The position numbers and the translations under genes are program-made. A stretch of 64,000 nt of DNA from the human T2T-CHM13v2.0 reference genome, Homo sapiens. The notes beneath the pieces were generated by a model. That model saw nothing but the letters and a program-made list of their open reading frames with translations. It did no database searches and was not told the DNA's origin. The stretch lies in the NCBI RefSeq assembly GCF_009914755.1, contig NC_060925.1. One strand, written 5' to 3'. Positions 56,626-64,000 of this stretch are shown here, piece by piece. Each line of letters starts with the position of its first letter. Within the stretch, counting starts at the first letter, position 1.

Positions 56626-58007
56626 GCATAGACTAACTTATAATTGTGCAAATCCCACTAAAGTTGCAAAAAAAATATCTGTTGCCAAGACTGGGAAGCA
56701 AAATGTCACACTAAACAGAACTACTCCCTTTATTAATTCCTACTTCCTACTCTATAATTTTATTTATCAAAACATTTCTACATCTACCCAATCTGCTCGA
56801 TTGATACTCACCTAGCATCTCAGTCAAGCAAACTGCAAGCTGATGCTCCAAATGATACAAAAACTTAGAAATTGAATTATCTGTTTTGCTTTCTTTGACA
56901 GAGTAACTAAAAATGTTCAGGTGCAAATGTCAAGTGCTGAATGAAGTAAAAGCACCTATCACCATCCTGGAAGACGATGGCAGCAGAATCCAGGGCATTG
57001 ACAGCTAATCACAGCTAGCAGTGCACACAAAGCAATCTGTCACTGTCAAAATCCCGACGAACAGTCTTTCCATAAGATTCTCTGCTATACTAGGGTACTA
57101 AAGCAGGGAACCTCGTTAGATACACACATTTTAGTTGTTTAACATTTAATACAACTATTTCATTATTATTACTTTTAATTTTCTCCTACTCAATGTAGGA
57201 GCCAGTATAGTATATTAGAACATATCTCAAAGTGCCCACTATTTTATTTCGAGTAAATACTTCTATCAAAAATTTTCAATTTCTCCTCTGAAATTCCATA
57301 TTTAATATTACTCTTCTGAAATATTTATTTAAACATATCTTATTGCTTAAAACTTAAAACTTTTTATTATAGCCGTTTGAAGTTTCAGCATTATCAAATA
57401 TTTCTGAATTCCTTAAGCATATCAAAAGCTTCTGTCCTAAATAATAGGACAACTAATACCTGTGCACAGACTAGCTAAAGTTTTATACTGAGGCCGTCAT
57501 ATTCTTACATTTGTCACCCAATTAAACAAGCACCCGAGAGAACTGATAAAGCGCAGCACACTAAAACTCAACAGACTCAAGCATAATTAGAAAGACAGAA
57601 GTGGATTTCTTGTTTCAACTGGCCATTATAGAAACTGTTCTGTCATTTCTTTTCTTTTTTTTTTTTCAGAAAAATAAATTGGCTTTGCTCACAAAAAAGT
57701 TAATACAAATCCAAATTCTTTAGGAACTTATTATCAGTAAAAGTCAGCAGTAATATGACATTAAAAGAACAAATTAATTATATAGGAGAAAGAAGAAACA
57801 TATAGTGTGCATGAATTACAAATAATTATTAAAATTCTAAGTGCCAGGGGAAAAAAACAATAAACTGGCCCAAACTCTCTGCAATATTATAATCATATTA
57901 TGCAGTGCTGCCCACTCCCCCAGTTTTCTTTAACTGAAACATCATCAGCTATGTTAATTATTTATCTTAAAAAATAACAAAAATGGAAAGGACAAGAAGT
58001 TTAGTGA

Positions 58008-58534
58008 TTTTTTTTTCTTTTTTTATTAAACTTTAAGTTTTAGGGTACATGTGCACAACGTGCAAGTTTGTTACATACGTATACATGTGCCATGTTGGTG
58101 TGCTGCACCCATCAACTCGTCATTTACATTAGGTATATCTCCTAATGCTATCCCTCCCCCCTCCCCCCACCCCACAACAGGCCCCAGTGTGTGATGTTCC
58201 CCTTCCTGTGTCCATGTGTTCTCAATGCTCAGTTCCCACCTATGAGTGAGAACATGCGGTGTTTGGTTTTTTTGTCCTTGCGATAGTTTGCTGAGAATGA
58301 TGGTTTCCAGCTTCATCCATGTCCCTACAAAGGACATGAACTCATCATTTTTTATGGCTGCATAGTATTTCATGGTGTGTATGTGCCACATTTTCTTAAT
58401 CCAGTTTATCATTGTTCGACATTTAGGTTGGTTCCAAGTCTTTGCTATTGTGAATAGTGCCGCAATAAACATACGTGTGCATGTGTCTTTATAGCAGCAT
58501 GTTTTATCCTTGGGTATATACCCAGTAATGGGAT
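58008..58534 (-). mobile_element. Young L1PA (about PA4) 3' end, 5'-truncated, sense to BRINP3
   Basis: Well-conserved L1PA 3'UTR and ORF2 C-terminus (ORF 58071..58472 MFIAALFTIAKTWNQPKC); short TSD gattttt. Confidence 0.95.
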
Positions 58535-59909
58535 TTTTAAAGTATGTATTTGTTGGAAAAACATTTTAAAAATAATTTAAAATCCAATGTGAAATACAAC
58601 TGCAATTTTTGTGTTCCTCTTCTTTCTATAACTTTTCCACTATATCTTCATCTCCTTACATCATTACCTTCTTGACTATTTCCTCTAGAGACCAGAATCC
58701 CAGAGGAACTTTGTACCTTCATGGTACCTCTGGGACTTCATGAAGCTTTAATTGGCATCAAGGGTTTCTTAGATTGCAGCCAATCCACTAACAATTTGCT
58801 CTGGGGTCATTCGGTTATAAAACCCCAGGTCTATGAATTTTGGGTCTCTAGAAGTTGTCTTTAACCATACAACCAGGTGATTGTTAGCTCACTTAACACT
58901 AAAATGCACCAAGTTAGAAAAAAAAAATCAGACAGGAGAAAAATGATTCTTCACTGGGTAAATATTTCAATTTATGTGTTTTACATTTTTCTATGGAACA
59001 GACTACAAACTAAAATTACTATTCATTCAAATTTAATTTACTTAATATTATTGAGGGAAAAACTTTTGATAATATGTTGAGAATTTGGCTTTCTGCCATG
59101 AACTAAACGAAACCTGATGAAATGTAGGAGCTGTTATTTTAGCTGTTTTATGTGGCTTGCCTCCTTTTCCTACATTAATTTAATTTTACTTATTGATGTA
59201 ACTGTTGTGCCTTCTACCAGCAGCCCTTTTCATCACTCTCTAAAACTTGTTACAAATCTATTATCAGTGAAGAAACCAGATAAGCAACCTAGGTAGATTT
59301 GTTCCTGAGTAGTTTCTAAATGAAAAATTACAGGAATCTCACACATCTAAAAGAATGAAAATTATGAAGTCTCTTTATATTACTCAGGCACCTTCTCCAC
59401 TTGCCTTTTTGTGTTCTGACATATTAAATATAGTTTAAGCTATGAAGAATAACTTGAAAATTTTTTAAAATTATATATTTCAAGTTACAAATAACCGTAT
59501 TATACATAATCCTATTGTTATGCTAAATTTTCTAGCACAGAGCATGAAGCAATTCGGTTACCAAAAAAAAACACACCATAGATTTAAAACTGGTTTATAT
59601 TTTCAGGTTTGTCACTTACTAGCTGTGTAACTAGAAGTATGAAGCTCCTGAGCCTCAGGAGTATTCTCCCCAGATATAAACGTTAAAATAATTTACCTGC
59701 AATACCTGTGGAAGGAACTTATCTTTACAAATATGCATTTTTGTTTTAGAAAAAGGAAGCAGACTCCAAAGTGTAATTTTTTCATTAGTCAACATTATGG
59801 TAACAATGTGCCAGTATTCCTAGCTATCAGAAATGGTGCATTTTGTCTATGCTGATGGATGAATAACTGCACAGAAGAATTGCATTTCACAGATATTGGT
59901 ACTTATTGG

Positions 59910-60235
59910 ATTTTTGAAAATATACAATAAATTATAGTTAAGCATATTCACCCTATAGTGCTGCAGAATGCCAGAACTCATCTATCCTATCTAGCTGTAA
60001 CTTCGTATCCCTTAACAAATCTATCCCCATCTTCCACTCTCCCCTATATTTCCCATACTTCTCACCCTCTAATACCCACAATTCTACTCTCTACCTCTCT
60101 ACTTTCAGGAATTCCTTTTTTCTTTTCGTCCCACATGTGAGTGAAAGCATGTAGTATTTACCTTTCTGTGCCTGACAACCTGCTTAACATGATCTCCTCC
60201 AAGCTATTCCATGTTGGCGCGACATGATTCTACGG
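59910..60235 (-). mobile_element. L1MA 3' fragment
   Basis: ccagaactca...cctatctagctgtaactt...ccacatgtgagtga. Confidence 0.75.
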
Positions 60236-60590
60236 ATTTTTAAAAAATAAATTACCTACTTACATTTCCAATACACATTTCCAATATATTTCAAGGTCAC
60301 AGACCGTTGGGGTCTTACATTTATGGGTTCCCCCTAGACACTCTATCTTCGACAAAGTTTGAACTTTGTCATTTGTACCTTGAGCCACATGAGAATAAAA
60401 CAAAAGTAGCTCAATCCATCTGATTCAGCAAATGCTATGGAGATCTCAGTGTCCCCTCTTTGCATGGTTTCTTTTTTATTCTGGTTTCAGAATATCCTTC
60501 CTATCAACTTATGAATACACAGAAGAATTCTTTTATTTTTAATCCATAATTTTAGTTATTTTAGTGGGAAATCTGTGTCACCTCTTGCTA

Positions 60591-60655
60591 TTAGATTCGT
60601 GCAAACGTAATTGCGGTTTTTGCCATTACTTTTAATGGCAAAAAAGTACTTTTGC
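60591..60655. mobile_element. MADE1 (Hsmar1-derived MITE), right arm partly deleted
   Basis: ttagattcgtgcaaacgtaattgcggtttttgccattacttttaatggcaaaaa matches MADE1; preceded by TA. Confidence 0.9.
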
Positions 60656-62829
60656 TTTTATTTTCCTTTGTTTTTTTTAAATTCATTGTATTGATTTAGT
60701 CAAGTTGCTATTTATTTTTTATTATAATTTAATCTAATTGCACATCTGCCTTTCATTAATAATTTTCTCCCCTTTGCCAATGCTAATAATTGAAAACTCT
60801 TACTCTGATATAATATGAAAATTATATTTCACCAAAAAACTCTATTCCATAATGTGCCACCTGCCCATTAAGATACTATCGTCTTAATTTTTCATTCTTT
60901 CATTCTCCTATCTCTACTCTCCACCTACCCAGGGTACTTTCAGAATTTTTGTATTTCTATTCTCCCCTCCTTTCAAAAATGTTTCAGGAAAAGACTTTTG
61001 TATGTTTATTTTTTTTCTGATTGCATAGTTCTAAACTAGGATATCAATTTTTTTGCATTATGTCACATTTGTTATTATTTAAAACATAGTACATATATTC
61101 AGAGTCTGTGAGTTTATATGGAGATTTGAACTCTATGACTATATTTATATACATTCAAACACACACACACACTCATACACTCACAAACACCTATATATTG
61201 TATTGCATATGACATCCTAAATTTTCTTATATTTTTCTTTACTTTCATCTTATGGTTATGAGACAGACTTTCTGTTCATTTTTATTTGTAACAATTCTCC
61301 ATTAAATAATATATTATTCTCAAAAGCAAATTATTTGAGACTATAGTTCTCAAATTTTCAAGAATTTTCCCTATCAGCTATATTTCTTTAGAGGCTTATA
61401 GTGATTTTTCTAAAAGATATTGCTTTTTGTGGGATGCCTCAGAGTATGTGTTGCTATTTTTTTTTCTTTATTTGCTCATTTGGACTCCAGTTCAACTGCA
61501 AGAATATTAGAATACTTCATTGGTAGCAACCCTGAGAGTACTGGAAGACTACTAGAGAAAACCATGCCACACAGCTGTAGCTTAAATAGAACAGCAGTAG
61601 CCTATTAGTTCTCAAATAAAAATCATGTCACGTTCACTTATGTAAGCCTATTCCCCAGCAGCCCTAAGCACAGCACAGACACTGAATAAACCTTCACCAA
61701 ATATGCAAATAAATTTGGTAAATTGTAGACCTCCAGACACATTTACCCTTATATGGAGTACTAAATATTTTTATTATTTCTAGCAATTACAGGATCACTT
61801 ACTATGTATACATTTTGCTTTAATTTCTAATATTATTAATTTAGGTAAGAGCAATTAAATGTTTTCACTAATCTTATTAAAACAAAAAAATTAATAGATT
61901 TTTCAAATGTAAAAAATAGCAACTGATTTCTGTTATAAGCATCAAGAAAAGTAAAATGTGTTAACTTAAGCAAAAATAGTAATATATTATGTCAAAAATA
62001 TGATAATTTTATAATTTCCAGGTTTACATCATCATTTTCAATGGAAAGGATTCCATTTGGTTTTCAAACTTTAACCTACACCAAATGTGAACGCGTTTGA
62101 GAATTTGAACTGAATTGTTTAAGCCATTTTTGAGTTACGTGAAGGTGAGAGTACATTTTTCATGCACCTAGTTAAAGCAGGCCCCAAACTTTTCTACTGA
62201 TGCATGTCACAAAAGACTAATGATATATATTATATAGTCAACAGTATTATTAAATTTCTTACCAAAACCTCTAAATTTAAAAGGAAAAAATCATTTTTAA
62301 GATGACAAAATTTCCATTTATGAGTCCAAGAATTGCTAATAGAAGATTGTAGTTTAAAAGGAAAGAAAATACAATTAAGGTCAACTCAGATTTCTGTCTA
62401 AATTAGATAGAAAATGGATATAGGACAAATATCAAATTAGTGTAGCATTTCAGGGCAGAAATGTTATGAAGTTAATGCACTTTAAAATGTAAAAGTAATT
62501 TAACCTCAACCTTTTACAATCCACCTAGAGGGAAAAGCAGAAGCTGAAATAGAAATTCTATGCCAAGCACATCCTCTAGTGAGTTTTGATCACTTAAAAC
62601 TTGAGCTCCTCTTAAGCAGCATAATGGGTAAAATATCCATTATGAAGTGACATAAAATAAATTTGGAATTATATATCACATCACTAATTATTTCTTAAAC
62701 CTAGCTAAGTTTTATTTAATTCCCTGAGCAAAAAGTGTTCAAATTTAAGACGGAGAAATAATATATTAAATGTTTAGAATGTTAAGGGGGAAAATATGAT
62801 GTCTTTTTTAACTTGATATTTGTAAATGG

Positions 62830-62985
62830 CATGTCATATTTTTAAACTCATTTTTACTCCAGCTTGCTGTAGTACTTTTGGGTCTCTACTCACTTCCTTT
62901 CCAGTTACCACCAACTTGATAAGCCTGTCCTTTATGTCATTAGTCAAATCAGTGATGAAATGGTTGAATAGGATGGGGTCAGGGG
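62830..62985 (-). mobile_element. L3/CR1 reverse-transcriptase fragment
   Basis: Minus strand reads PDPILFNHFITDLTNDIKDRLIKL, a decayed form of the CR1 motif GPVLFNIFINDL...LIKFADD. Confidence 0.65.
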
Positions 62986-63346
62986 TATTGCATCATTCAT
63001 TTATAGAGATCATTATCTGTCAGCATTATATGTAATAGGAAATAAGAGACTCTCCAAGTACTGAGCAGCTCTGTAGTATGGTTTAAGATAGTATCGTAAG
63101 AATTTAGCTTGGAACAGTATGAAGGCTGCATTTGCCTGATACGCAATGTTCCCCTTGACATATGGGAAGCAGAACCTTAGAATGTTCTACAAACCTCTTT
63201 TCCAACCACCATCCAGTGATTATGGGTGGAAATACATAAATTCACCAGATAACTTAGCCTGTATCTCAGGTTCAGTACATTTTCATAAGTTTTAATACAG
63301 GATTCTTGTATTGTAGCGTGGTTTTAATAAGGAGTATACCCTTAAC

Positions 63347-63505
63347 TTGGCATGGTGGCTTACACAAGTAATACCAACAATTTGGGTGGTGAAGATGGGA
63401 GGATCTCTTGAGGCCAGGAGTTTGAGACCAGGCTGGAAAACACACTGAGACCCCATCTCTATAAATAATAATAACAACAACAATAATAATAATAAAATTT
63501 TAAAA
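63347..63505 (+). mobile_element. FLAM / Alu left monomer
   Basis: Single monomer, (AAT/AAC)n tail, TSD acccttaa. Confidence 0.85.
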
Positions 63506-63679
63506 AGTAAAACACCCTTAATTTGGTTCCCTTTTTAGCAATTGGTTTCTTTTGGAAAGGGTAAGAGGATTTTGAAATTTCTACTCCCTTACCAAGTTAT
63601 TTTTCTGTGTTAGAGCTTATTCCTGAGTCCTATGTATTTGCTTGAACTTGTACTTATAACTATGAGCATAATTTTTAAA

Positions 63680-63916
63680 AATAACATTTATAAAGCACTT
63701 AATATGTGCCAGGTACTGTTCTAAGCACCTTAAAAATATTAACTCTCCCTATTTTCCTGACAACCTTATGATGTAAGTGCTATTATTATCTTTCTTTTAC
63801 AGATTATTAAACTGATACATAGAGATGACAGTTAATTGAGCAAAACGACACAATCAATACGTAGTGATATTGGGACACCAACCTAGGGCCATGTAGCTCT
63901 AGAATTAGAGCTCTTC
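63680..63916 (-). mobile_element. MIR
   Basis: aacatttataaagcactt...tgtgccaggtactgttctaagca...ttttacagat...aaactga. Confidence 0.85.
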
Positions 63917-64000
63917 ATTTCTCTTCTCTTTGGCCTATTTCTGATATCACATGCCATGCTGAACCAAGGGGTATGTACAAATTGTGTAGAGAAATGAGAA

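Noticed and set aside
58071-58472. 133-aa ORF
   Set aside because: L1 ORF2 C-terminus running into the 3'UTR of a truncated L1PA.

Overview
Human (primate) genomic DNA, AT-rich and repeat-dense, lying entirely inside one large minus-strand gene that I recognise from its peptide as BRINP3 (FAM5C/DBCCR1L; neural MACPF-family BMP/retinoic-acid-inducible protein). Only two coding exons are present: 46781-46886 (106 nt) and 38491-38727 (237 nt). They have canonical AG/GT ends and splice in frame ([15 protein letters not shown]...KIQLQ-G-LQVLLPDYLQERF...DFEES). Everything else is intron, mostly transposon-derived: L1s of several ages, Alus/FLAM, MIR, L2, L3/CR1, two full-length THE1 retrotransposons in inverted orientation, a full-length ancient MLT1 provirus, solo MaLR/ERVL/ERV1 LTRs, hAT and mariner MITEs, microsatellites and local duplications. 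Nearly all other ORFs in the track are repeat-derived or random. There is no prokaryote-style system (CRISPR, operon, etc.) and I cannot support a new biological system. The best leads are: a ~170-nt multi-hairpin element (58682-58854); the ~2.3-kb inverted THE1 pair; unusual splice architecture of both exons (AG|GTAAC recursive-type site, duplicated in-frame acceptor, symmetric exon flanked by inverted Alus); a templated patchwork insertion in an Alu; and a few CpG- or motif-rich candidate enhancers. Repeat subfamily names come from recalled consensus features, not from a RepeatMasker run.
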